A stretch of DNA of 32,553 nt, taken from positions 1-32,553 of IMG/VR virus record IMGVR_UViG_3300025876_000070. The stretch is one strand, 5' to 3'. The translations under genes were made by a program, and so were the position numbers. Origin of the DNA: a virus. Taxonomy: Duplodnaviria; Caudoviricetes. Shown here piece by piece: positions 8,216 to 15,658 of the stretch (positions within the stretch are counted from its first letter, which is position 1; every line of letters begins with the position of its first letter). The notes under the pieces were generated by a model, which saw only the letters and a list, made by a program, of their open reading frames with translations, had not been told where the DNA came from and ran no database searches.

Positions 8216-8694
8216 TAAATCAACTCCAATACTGACTTAGCTTTTAAATATAAGCTTTTGCGTCTTACATACTCAGGTTTAACTGACTCCATCAGTACGC
8301 CAGCTGATCTAGGCGCAAAGCTTTGACTTGAGTTGCGCCAATTTACGCAAGCTTGGTGTATCAAATCTTCTGGATAGTCTTTCATGTCAGCAATCCACTC
8401 CCGGTCTAATTGCTTTTGTAGCTCTGGCGGCCTAGCAACTTCATAGTATCTGCTTTCAAGTAACTCTATGCAACCTAATATAGTTTTAGCTTTAGCTGGC
8501 TGTAATGTACCTAAGTAATGCTCTTTTACTTTCTCTATGTTTTTCTTTTGCCCAGCTGCAATTTGTTTGTCTTGCGCACAATCAAAATCTCTAGGATAGC
8601 CTTTAAGATTGATACTCTTTAAGCAAGTTTCCCCTGCTAAGACGTCTTTGCTCACCGATTTGCGCATATTTGTTAGTTTTATTATTTCTGACAT
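8215..8694 (-). CDS. Putative helicase loader (lambda P position)
   Basis: Follows the initiator; W-x2-D-x3-YPEDLI-x2-AC-x2-WR-x5-FAP pattern typical of genes downstream of phage initiators. Confidence 0.5.
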   Translation of the reverse strand: MSEIIKLTNMRKSVSKDVLAGETCLKSINLKGYPRDFDCAQDKQIAAGQKKNIEKVKEHYLGTLQPAKAKTILGCIELLESRYYEVARPPELQKQLDREWIADMKDYPEDLIHQACVNWRNSSQSFAPRSAGVLMESVKPEYVRRKSLYLKAKSVLELI

Positions 8695-9358
8695 TTTGTT
8701 TTCCTTTTTTGCTGTCGTTGTATGTGAAATGGTTTTTTAACCAAGTACGCCACTGCCTGTTAAAATCAGTAGACTCAGTTTTGTTGTCTATGTGAAACTC
8801 TACAAACTTTTCTAGCTCTAACTCATAAACATCTTTGCTCATATGATCACGCACCATCTGAGCTGTCTTAGTCGTCGCATTTAATGTTTTTGGCCTCCAT
8901 TCACTGTATAGTATATTATTAATAATTGGTTCTGGTTCTGGTTCTAGGTTCTGGTTCTGGTTGGCACGCCTTATGGCCTTATCGTCTGCAAGCCTGTTGG
9001 CGCTATCTTTTTCTTTATATTTCAATGCTGTAGCTGCTCCCCCTTTTTTAGCTGCTTTAACTTTTATTTTATACTTACTATCACTTTTCTTATATTCTTC
9101 TAATAATCTTTTGTTTGCATATTGCCCTTTTATAACAATAAAAAACTCATCTAAAATTGCCAACAACGCAGCTTTATCTTGCTCTGATCTAATAAGCATC
9201 TTTCTGGCAATCCATTCAATATCTTTTGGAATGGTGCAACCCGGTGTTGTCCAGCAAAGTGATAGCAGTCTGTTGTATGCACCAAACTCTGCTAAAGTTA
9301 GATGCATAGTTTTGTAGCCCATGTCTTTGGGGTAGTAGTTGAAGTATGGTAAGCTCAT
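8603..9358 (-). CDS. Replication initiator, DUF1376/YdaU family
   Basis: MSLPYFNYYPKD...HLTLAEFGAYNRLLSLCW, NKRL, AKKGG, PEPEP linker and C-terminal FVEFH...DFNRQWRTW. Start at 9358 with AGGA SD. Confidence 0.8.
   Translation of the reverse strand: MSLPYFNYYPKDMGYKTMHLTLAEFGAYNRLLSLCWTTPGCTIPKDIEWIARKMLIRSEQDKAALLAILDEFFIVIKGQYANKRLLEEYKKSDSKYKIKVKAAKKGGAATALKYKEKDSANRLADDKAIRRANQNQNLEPEPEPIINNILYSEWRPKTLNATTKTAQMVRDHMSKDVYELELEKFVEFHIDNKTESTDFNRQWRTWLKNHFTYNDSKKGKQNVRNNKTNKYAQIGEQRRLSRGNLLKEYQS
8927..8962. repeat. (TGGTTC)n hexamer tandem repeat, ~6 units
   Basis: TGGTTC x3, TAGGTTC, TGGTTC, TGGTT; encodes NQNQNLEPEPEP. Confidence 0.85.
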
Positions 9359-9382
9359 TTTGTTTTCCTTTTTTACAGTTTT

Positions 9383-9412
9383 ATTGTAATCGCATATAGA
9401 CAATTACGTCAA
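9383..9412 (-). promoter_or_regulatory. Putative promoter of the replication genes
   Basis: TTGACG (9412-9407), 18-nt spacer, TACAAT (9388-9383). Confidence 0.6.
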
Positions 9413-9425
9413 TATCTTTATTAAT
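9397..9425 (+). promoter_or_regulatory. Putative overlapping divergent promoter for the sRNA
   Basis: TAGACA (9397-9402), 16/17-nt spacer, TATTAA/ATTAAT (9419-9425); predicts +1 near 9430-9432, the base of hairpin 1. Confidence 0.4.
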
Positions 9426-9429
9426 ATGT

Positions 9430-9504
9430 TTGTCTGCTTGTTTTCCTCCCCGTAGATGCAGACAACTGGGCAGTAGTTTTTAATCCTTTCTACTGCCCTT
9501 TTTT
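9430..9504 (+). ncRNA. Candidate two-hairpin anti-RBS small RNA
   Basis: Stem 1 TTGTCTGC/GCAGACAA with loop TTGTTTTCCTCCCCGTAGAT; stem 2 GGGCAGTAG/CTACTGCCC with loop TTTTTAATCCTTT; then T6. The loops are complementary to five phage RBSs. Confidence 0.65.
9468..9504 (+). terminator. Intrinsic terminator (3' end of the candidate sRNA)
   Basis: Perfect 9-bp GC-rich stem followed by TTTTTT on the + strand, although both flanking genes are on the - strand. Confidence 0.7.
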
Positions 9505-9506
9505 AT

Positions 9507-9836
9507 TTAATACACTTCCAAAATTGTTATATTATGCACAGCCTTCATTAATTTCTTCACTAGCCTATATTGGGCCTTCCGAGCTGTAATGGGACTCTTA
9601 ACATCTTCCACTATCAAAGTACCTTCTTTGTTCTTGTATTGACTGTCAGCAGTATATCTACATATCTTCTGGTCGTTCACCAGTATCTGATAGACTGGAT
9701 GTATTTCTAACTCTGATATCTCACCATCTTTTAAGCGCTGCTTGTTATGTAAATATCTGGCGTGTTCACGCTTTGAATCAAATGTCATACCATCATCTTT
9801 GACCTTGATGGCGTTGTATTTGTTACGTTTATACAT
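9507..9836 (-). CDS. DUF1064 family PD-(D/E)XK nuclease-like protein
   Basis: NKYNAIK...DGMTFDSKREHARY, YTAD, IVEDVKS. Confidence 0.85.
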   Translation of the reverse strand: MYKRNKYNAIKVKDDGMTFDSKREHARYLHNKQRLKDGEISELEIHPVYQILVNDQKICRYTADSQYKNKEGTLIVEDVKSPITARKAQYRLVKKLMKAVHNITILEVY

Positions 9837-10216
9837 TAGTCAATTTCCTTAATGTTAGGTTTGTAGCTGTTGCCAAATCCACGCGATTGTATTTTAGTAC
9901 GACCTTGGATTTTTTGTTTAGGCTTTTTTGACTTCTTAGTTGTTTTAAGTAGCGAACGTAATTTTTTACGTGCTAGACTATCTGCTTTATCTTTCTTTAT
10001 TGCACACTTAATACAGGTCAGCGAGATATTATCTAAGTCGTGTTTTCCACCCATACTGCGTTGATGTAAATGTTCTTCGCGTATCTGCCTTGCTTTGAAC
10101 ACTAAAGGTTCTTTACAAGTCGCGCATTTACCATCTTGCTCTATCAATAGTTGACCAAACTGCATTTTAGTTAGTGGTTTGTATTTACAATAGTCGTGGT
10201 GGTCAGATAGTCTCAT
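9836..10216 (-). CDS. HNH-type Zn-binding endonuclease-like protein
   Basis: QDGKCATC...EEHLH...GGKHDLDNISLTCIKC with a basic tail. Confidence 0.75.
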   Translation of the reverse strand: MRLSDHHDYCKYKPLTKMQFGQLLIEQDGKCATCKEPLVFKARQIREEHLHQRSMGGKHDLDNISLTCIKCAIKKDKADSLARKKLRSLLKTTKKSKKPKQKIQGRTKIQSRGFGNSYKPNIKEID

Positions 10217-10394
10217 TTAACAGCCTCCTGAGTGCCTCTGTAGTTTCTTCATTGACAAGTTTCTGCCAGTGATGTTGTGATCTAGTATCTTTTCTCCGCT
10301 TTGCCCGGTGCAGCATCATTCTTTTGAAATATGGATGCTCAGTATAAAAAGACTCTACCCCATTCTTATTGTATTTCTGTATTTTCACGACCAT
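10203..10394 (-). CDS. Hypothetical protein
   Basis: 63-aa ORF overlapping both neighbours; GGAGG SD upstream. Confidence 0.65.
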   Translation of the reverse strand: MVVKIQKYNKNGVESFYTEHPYFKRMMLHRAKRRKDTRSQHHWQKLVNEETTEALRRLLNETI

Positions 10395-10600
10395 CCTCCG
10401 CGCACAATAGTATTTAACTTATGCAGCTCATTAACTGTTAATCGTGTTTTGTGCATATCAATGAGTCTATCCCAATATTTTTCCGGGATACCAATTCGCT
10501 TCCAGCTGCGAAGTGTATCAGGCTTTAAACTTGGTATTATCTCGCAGACAGCATCTTTGCCGCCTGCTTTATCAATTATAGATTGTACAGTATGTTTCAT
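10385..10600 (-). CDS. Cro-like HTH regulator
   Basis: MKHTVQSIIDKAGGKDAVC...TLRSWKRIGIPEKYW resembles Cro/YdaS-type proteins. First gene of the left arm, AAGGAG SD, start at 10600. Confidence 0.7.
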   Translation of the reverse strand: MKHTVQSIIDKAGGKDAVCEIIPSLKPDTLRSWKRIGIPEKYWDRLIDMHKTRLTVNELHKLNTIVRGGWS

Positions 10601-10631
10601 TACAAACTCCTTTTTTAAAGTACATAGCACT

Positions 10632-10714
10632 ATTCTATAAGTATATTTTTTACAATGTCTAGTAAAAATAATAACAGATTAGCTATTGCAAAGCCTTGCA
10701 TATTACTTTATGGC
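10632..10714. promoter_or_regulatory. Divergent early promoter region
   Basis: Minus strand TAGACA(10661-10656)-18-TAGAAT(10637-10632); plus strand TTGCAA(10686-10691)-17-TATGGC. AT-rich gap between the two early arms. Confidence 0.5.
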
Positions 10715-10746
10715 TAAGTCATCACAGTTTAAAAATGGAGGAAAAC

Positions 10747-11358
10747 GTGACTATACAACACTTACCAATGCAACATTCTGCAAGCACAGCTAAAATTGCA
10801 CCAGCTCTTGTTAAAGCTATTAATTCTATACAGCCAGCAAGTAAAGATGGCAGCAATCCGCACTTTAAATCTAAATATACAACTATTAGCTCACTAATTG
10901 AAGCTGCTAGGCCACATTTAGCAGAAAACGATATAACAATAATGCAAAATCAAGGTGGTATTACTGAGCGTCGTACAATGGTACTAAGCACAAGAATATT
11001 GCACACATCCGGGGAGTGGTATGAAACATATTTTGAATCAGATGTAAAAAATTCAGATATCCACGTACTTATGAGTACAATGACTTACTGCCGTCGCGGT
11101 GGTTTAGCTGGCGCACTTAATATGTCACAAGAAGATGACGATGGTAATGTTGCATCACAAGCTAAACAAATAAAGTCAATAGACTTAGAGCCATTGCTTA
11201 TAGAAATATCAGAATCTATGCAAGATGACGATTTAAAATCTGTCGCTAAAAAAATACGTAGTCTAAAGTGTAATAATGCAGACTTAGCTACACTTAAAAA
11301 AGCTTGGTCTGAGCAAAAAGCTGCTATTGTAGCCGCAGAAAAAGCGGAGGCACAGTAA
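10747..11358 (+). CDS. ERF family single-strand annealing protein
   Basis: KDGSNPHFKSKY, HTSGEW, STMTYCRR, EDDDGN. GTG start at 10747 after GGAGG. Confidence 0.9.
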   Translation: MTIQHLPMQHSASTAKIAPALVKAINSIQPASKDGSNPHFKSKYTTISSLIEAARPHLAENDITIMQNQGGITERRTMVLSTRILHTSGEWYETYFESDVKNSDIHVLMSTMTYCRRGGLAGALNMSQEDDDGNVASQAKQIKSIDLEPLLIEISESMQDDDLKSVAKKIRSLKCNNADLATLKKAWSEQKAAIVAAEKAEAQ

Positions 11359-12002
11359 TGAATATTATAGATGTTGAACAAGGCTCAGATGCTTGGTTTG
11401 CCGCGCGTGCAGGCAAATTAACAGCTTCACGCGTTAAAGCTTTAGTCGCTAAAACCAAATCAGGTTACAGCACAAGCCGAGCTAATATGATTACTCAGCT
11501 CTCATTAGAGCGCATGACAGGTGTAGCAGTTGAACCAACGTATAGCAACGCGGCAATGCAGCGCGGTACAGACTTAGAGTCAGAAGCGCGTGATTATTAT
11601 GCTTTTGAACGTGATGTCTCTGTCAGTGAAGTTGGTATGGTTATCCACCCAAAATATGACTTTATTACTTGCAGTCCTGATGGCCTTATTGATGACGATG
11701 GTTTAGTTGAAATCAAATGCCCTTTTTCTATGGCTAAAATGGTTGGCTATTTAGAGAAGGATGCGCACGCTAAAGAATACCGCGTTCAGTTACAAATGCA
11801 GCTGTTAGTCACAGGTAGACAATATGTTGACGTAGTTGGCTATGACCCTCGATTTCCTGATGGACTAAAAATGGCAGTTTGCAGGGTTGAAGCAGATAAA
11901 GAGTATCAAGAAGAATTATTATCAGAAATGCTTAAAGCAAATACTGAGATAAATGAATTAATCGAAAAACTTAACAAAATGAAAGAGAGTAAAAATGTCT
12001 AG
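11358..12002 (+). CDS. YqaJ/lambda-type exonuclease
   Basis: QGSDAWFAARAGKLTAS, MQRGTDLE, CSPDGL, VEIKCP, QLQMQL. Confidence 0.93.
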   Translation: MNIIDVEQGSDAWFAARAGKLTASRVKALVAKTKSGYSTSRANMITQLSLERMTGVAVEPTYSNAAMQRGTDLESEARDYYAFERDVSVSEVGMVIHPKYDFITCSPDGLIDDDGLVEIKCPFSMAKMVGYLEKDAHAKEYRVQLQMQLLVTGRQYVDVVGYDPRFPDGLKMAVCRVEADKEYQEELLSEMLKANTEINELIEKLNKMKESKNV

Positions 12003-12429
12003 TGTAAATAAAGTTATTTTAGTTGGTAATGTTGGCAGTGATCCAGAAATTAAAACATTTAATAATGGAGGCAAGGTTGCTAACTTTTCATTGGCTACTA
12101 CAGAGAAATGGCGTGATAAAAAAACACAAGAGTATGTAAGTAAAACCGAATGGTCTAAAGTAAGTGTTTTCTCAGAGGGTCTTGTATCTGTAATAGAGCG
12201 CTATGTTAAAAAAGGTGTTAAGCTTTATATTGAGGGTAGGTTGCAGACACGTAAATGGACTGATAGCTCTGGCAATGACAAATATATAACTGAAGTTGTT
12301 TTGAAGGGCTATGGCGGCACATTAGTTTTGCTTGATGGTAGCTTTGCTGGTGCAGATAAACCACGTTTAGATGTTGGCGGTTATAATAAAAATGTAGTAC
12401 CGGGTTTAGATGATGAGATTCCGTTTTAA
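11995..12429 (+). CDS. ssb: Single-stranded DNA-binding protein
   Basis: SVNKVILVGNVGSDPE, LATTEKW, YIEGRLQTRKW, C-terminal DDEIPF. Confidence 0.97.
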   Translation: MSSVNKVILVGNVGSDPEIKTFNNGGKVANFSLATTEKWRDKKTQEYVSKTEWSKVSVFSEGLVSVIERYVKKGVKLYIEGRLQTRKWTDSSGNDKYITEVVLKGYGGTLVLLDGSFAGADKPRLDVGGYNKNVVPGLDDEIPF

Positions 12430-13116
12430 ATGACAGCTATAATAAAAGATGTAACAATAGGTGGTCAGCGATTAATACTCGGTGACTGCCAACAGGTTAT
12501 GCAAGAGCTTGGTGGCTACGACACTTTAGTTAGTGATCCCCCATACGAAATACAAACAAGCGGCGGTGGTATACATAGCAAGCGTACATTTTTAAAAGAA
12601 GTAGAGAAAGCTAAAATACATAAGGGCTTTGATTACAATATAATTAATTCAGATTTATATGGTAGCGCGATAGTATTTTGTCATAATGACCAATTAGCTA
12701 AATTATTGCCAGACCTTGCAAGCAAATATAAAAGATATGCTATGTGCGCTTGGCAAAAAACAAATCCTATGCCTGTTGCTAACAAACATTATCAGCCAGA
12801 GTTGGAGATATATGTTCATGCTTGGAATAAAGGCTACCACCCACAAGGCGATCTTAGTTATAAGAAAAGAATATTTACACATAGTGTTGGTAAATCTGAT
12901 TATGACCATCCAACTGTAAAACCTTTAGGCTTAATGCAAAAAGTAGTGACTAATGCTACTGGGTCTATATTAGATCCTTTTATGGGTACAGGTACAACGC
13001 TTGTTGCGTGTGAGAAGCTTGGCAGGCGTGGCGTTGGTATAGAAATCAGTGAAAAGTATTATAACATTGCGTGTGAGCGAGTAGATGAAGCTGCTAATCA
13101 GTTAGAGATGTTTTAA
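12430..13116 (+). CDS. Beta-class N6A/N4C DNA methyltransferase 2
   Basis: LILGDC, SDPPY, HPTVKP, ILDPFMGTGTT...GIEIS. Confidence 0.93.
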   Translation: MTAIIKDVTIGGQRLILGDCQQVMQELGGYDTLVSDPPYEIQTSGGGIHSKRTFLKEVEKAKIHKGFDYNIINSDLYGSAIVFCHNDQLAKLLPDLASKYKRYAMCAWQKTNPMPVANKHYQPELEIYVHAWNKGYHPQGDLSYKKRIFTHSVGKSDYDHPTVKPLGLMQKVVTNATGSILDPFMGTGTTLVACEKLGRRGVGIEISEKYYNIACERVDEAANQLEMF

Positions 13117-13539
13117 ATGGGTCAATATACAATACAAATTAACAATGAGGTTGAGAGAACAAAAGCTCTTGACCTTACTAAAAGAGCACCAGCTGGCACA
13201 TATATAACTTGGAAACGTGATAAACGCACCACAAATCAAAATAGCTTAATGTGGGCATTATTAACTATAATTAGCAATCAAGTACGTTGGAATGGTAATG
13301 AATGGCATATAAGTGATATTGGTGGTCGTTATAGTCCAGAAAATTGGAAGCAGGTTTTTGCTTCTAGTTTATTTAAAACACAGTTCATGCCAGACCTTGA
13401 TGGCGGTATGATACCATTAAATCCAAGCACTAGCAAAATGACTAAGGAACAACATAGCGAATTATGTGAATTAATTAAAAACCAATGCGATAGCTGGGGT
13501 ATAAATATTGAGGAAGTTGAGCAAAATGAAGAATTATAA
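13117..13539 (+). CDS. ninB: NinB/Orf family recombination protein
   Basis: KRTTNQNSLMWALLTIISNQV and STSKMTKEQHSELCELI. Confidence 0.8.
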   Translation: MGQYTIQINNEVERTKALDLTKRAPAGTYITWKRDKRTTNQNSLMWALLTIISNQVRWNGNEWHISDIGGRYSPENWKQVFASSLFKTQFMPDLDGGMIPLNPSTSKMTKEQHSELCELIKNQCDSWGINIEEVEQNEEL

Positions 13540-13858
13540 AAGAGTTGCTGGTCTTAAAAAGCGTCAATATCAACATACGCCAGTGCAAGTTTTAAATGAA
13601 ATAGCTGACTCACTTTCAGAAGGTGCTGACAAGTATGGCACGTACAATTGGCGATTTGAGCGATTACACTACAGCGATTACTACAGCAGCACATTGCGTC
13701 ACTTGCTATCTTGGTATGATGGTGAAGATATTGACCAAGAATCAGGCTTGTCACATATAACTAAAGCTATAGCTGGGTTAGTTGTGTTGCGCGATGCAAT
13801 GTTAAATGACTCTGTTGTTGATGATAGAAACTTACAAACAACTAGGCTTGACACATAA
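13526..13858 (+). CDS. DUF5664 dATP/dGTP diphosphohydrolase-domain protein
   Basis: GADKYGTYNW...YSSTLRHLLSWYDGEDIDQESGLSHITKA; start likely MKNYK at 13526. Confidence 0.8.
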   Translation: MKNYKRVAGLKKRQYQHTPVQVLNEIADSLSEGADKYGTYNWRFERLHYSDYYSSTLRHLLSWYDGEDIDQESGLSHITKAIAGLVVLRDAMLNDSVVDDRNLQTTRLDT

Positions 13859-14124
13859 TGGCTAAATATAAAGAAGATTTCGACGATAAATACTGGCGAT
13901 TATTTAGGGAGGTAGTGCTTTTGCATGAGCAATGGAGGCAACACACATTGTTTTTTGATGAGCCAGAATATGTAAACTCTAAACGCAATGGCGTTGACTA
14001 TCCTGAAGGTAATTTTAGAGCTTTATGGTCTAAGTCATTGCAGATTAGAAACATACATAATCAGATGCTTGATATGCTGCACAGATATCACGATGGCAAG
14101 CCCGGTGTAAATAAAATCAAATAA
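13858..14124 (+). CDS. Hypothetical protein, last gene of the right arm
   Basis: 88-aa ORF with TAATG coupling; converges on the end of the late operon. Confidence 0.7.
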   Translation: MAKYKEDFDDKYWRLFREVVLLHEQWRQHTLFFDEPEYVNSKRNGVDYPEGNFRALWSKSLQIRNIHNQMLDMLHRYHDGKPGVNKIK

Positions 14125-15658
14125 CGTCGGCTAGGCTTTTGCCATTAATATAAAAGAACATTGATCGCTTGCCGTTAGCATTAATGATCACATCAGCACA
14201 GGCCCATGTAGATAGACCGACTTTGTAAGGTTGTTTTAAAGTAGACACACCTGTCTGCCATGCACCTCCGCTAATACCGGGAGAATGACTGTGGCCTATC
14301 ACAGTTTTATACATTGCATTGGCAAAGCCTTTAATACTGCCTCTTGAGCCATTAGCACCTCTATCACCATGTTGTGATACGTCTATACCTTTTACATTGG
14401 CACGCTTGTTTGCATTAACAAATTTATAGCACCCCGGTATGTATTTTTGAAACGCACACTCTAATGCTGATTTATTTTTGTAGGATATCTCCGCAAGCAA
14501 TTCAGAACCTATCGCTGCATTGTGTGGCTCTTTAAGGTGTCTGCCTTCATTTAAATAACGCTCAATATGCCTGTCGTGATTACTATCTACTATCCAATTC
14601 TCTTTACCGCCTGTTTGCACTATATGCGCGGCAGTGTGTTTTAACTCCCACGCCAGACTATTCATACGCATATTAAAGACTTTTATCTTATCAAGTAATT
14701 TATGGTGATGTGATATAGATACGCCATCAAATACGTCATGGAACACGTGTATATCTGGTTTAAGTCTATCGCATAAACTAGCTCTAGCTTTTAATATTAC
14801 TCTATCGTGCATAGCTGCGTGGTCATCACCTCTAACTATAGCTGCTGCGTTTTCACCGGGTTGTAATCCTTCTGGTGTCCAATACTGATCTAAAAAGTAA
14901 AAACCTTTACCATCCCAAATTATCTGCGTGTGGTAAAACTTATCACCAACAAGTTTGACGTATGTTGCCGCAAATACATGATTGAATTTAGCCTTACCAC
15001 CAGCTTTTGTCCTAGTGTACGTTTTACTGGTACAGCTACCTGTGGTTTGTAGCATTTTAGGTAGTTCATCACCCGGTGTTGCTGCCAAACGCAAGTGCAG
15101 TGATGTAGCGCCATATACAACAGACCTCTGGCCGCTATGAGCCTGCATACCAGATAAAGGGTCTACAGCAGTAGCTGTTAGGCGCAATCCAGATACCATG
15201 AATGACTTGCTCAGTATCAAATCATCAAGCAATGCATAGTTATGTATAGCCACAGGCCACTGATAGTCTTTTTTTGCAATCAGTGTATTATGTCTGTACT
15301 TAAGGGGAATGATTAACAGCTGACTTTTGTGATGTTTACTAAATAACTCTAGCGTATCAAAAAACTTTTGGTTTAATGTGCTGTTATTTGTTGCAGATGT
15401 AATCAAAAATGACTTATACTTCTTCGCAGCTTTTATATCTAAGTTGCTTGGACACTCTACGTCATTCGTTTTATACTTAGGATTATGTGGCTCTAATTTA
15501 ATACCTAAAATACGTTGCGCATTACTTTTATGTTGTCGCATTGAGCGCTCTGTATTTGTTTTAATGCCAGCCTGCTTCATAGCATCAGCAAGGGATGTGC
15601 TGTTAGGCCAAACTTCTGCTATTTTTTTAGCGCGTTCAATACTGGTGTGTGTTTTCAT
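14117..15658 (-). CDS. Calcineurin-like metallophosphoesterase, probably T5 A1-like nuclease
   Basis: Ordered motifs GDDH, HDVFD, SNHD, HGD and GHSH in the C-terminal half, with a long N-terminal region (FLITSATNN...QTTGSCT). The A1 likeness is from recall only. Confidence 0.65.
   Translation of the reverse strand: MKTHTSIERAKKIAEVWPNSTSLADAMKQAGIKTNTERSMRQHKSNAQRILGIKLEPHNPKYKTNDVECPSNLDIKAAKKYKSFLITSATNNSTLNQKFFDTLELFSKHHKSQLLIIPLKYRHNTLIAKKDYQWPVAIHNYALLDDLILSKSFMVSGLRLTATAVDPLSGMQAHSGQRSVVYGATSLHLRLAATPGDELPKMLQTTGSCTSKTYTRTKAGGKAKFNHVFAATYVKLVGDKFYHTQIIWDGKGFYFLDQYWTPEGLQPGENAAAIVRGDDHAAMHDRVILKARASLCDRLKPDIHVFHDVFDGVSISHHHKLLDKIKVFNMRMNSLAWELKHTAAHIVQTGGKENWIVDSNHDRHIERYLNEGRHLKEPHNAAIGSELLAEISYKNKSALECAFQKYIPGCYKFVNANKRANVKGIDVSQHGDRGANGSRGSIKGFANAMYKTVIGHSHSPGISGGAWQTGVSTLKQPYKVGLSTWACADVIINANGKRSMFFYINGKSLADVI

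Noticed and set aside
9507-10216. HNH and DUF1064 nucleases as restriction partners of the MTases
   Set aside because: Both are small, common lambdoid nin-type genes, not adjacent to either MTase; nothing supports a restriction-modification pair.
7502-13116. Inverted similarity between the MTase 5' ends as an invertible segment
   Set aside because: The longest exact match is ~17 nt with synonymous divergence around it, and no invertase is present.
13526-13858. 2-aminoadenine (Z) genome system
   Set aside because: No PurZ, DatZ or phage DNA polymerase in an apparently complete genome.
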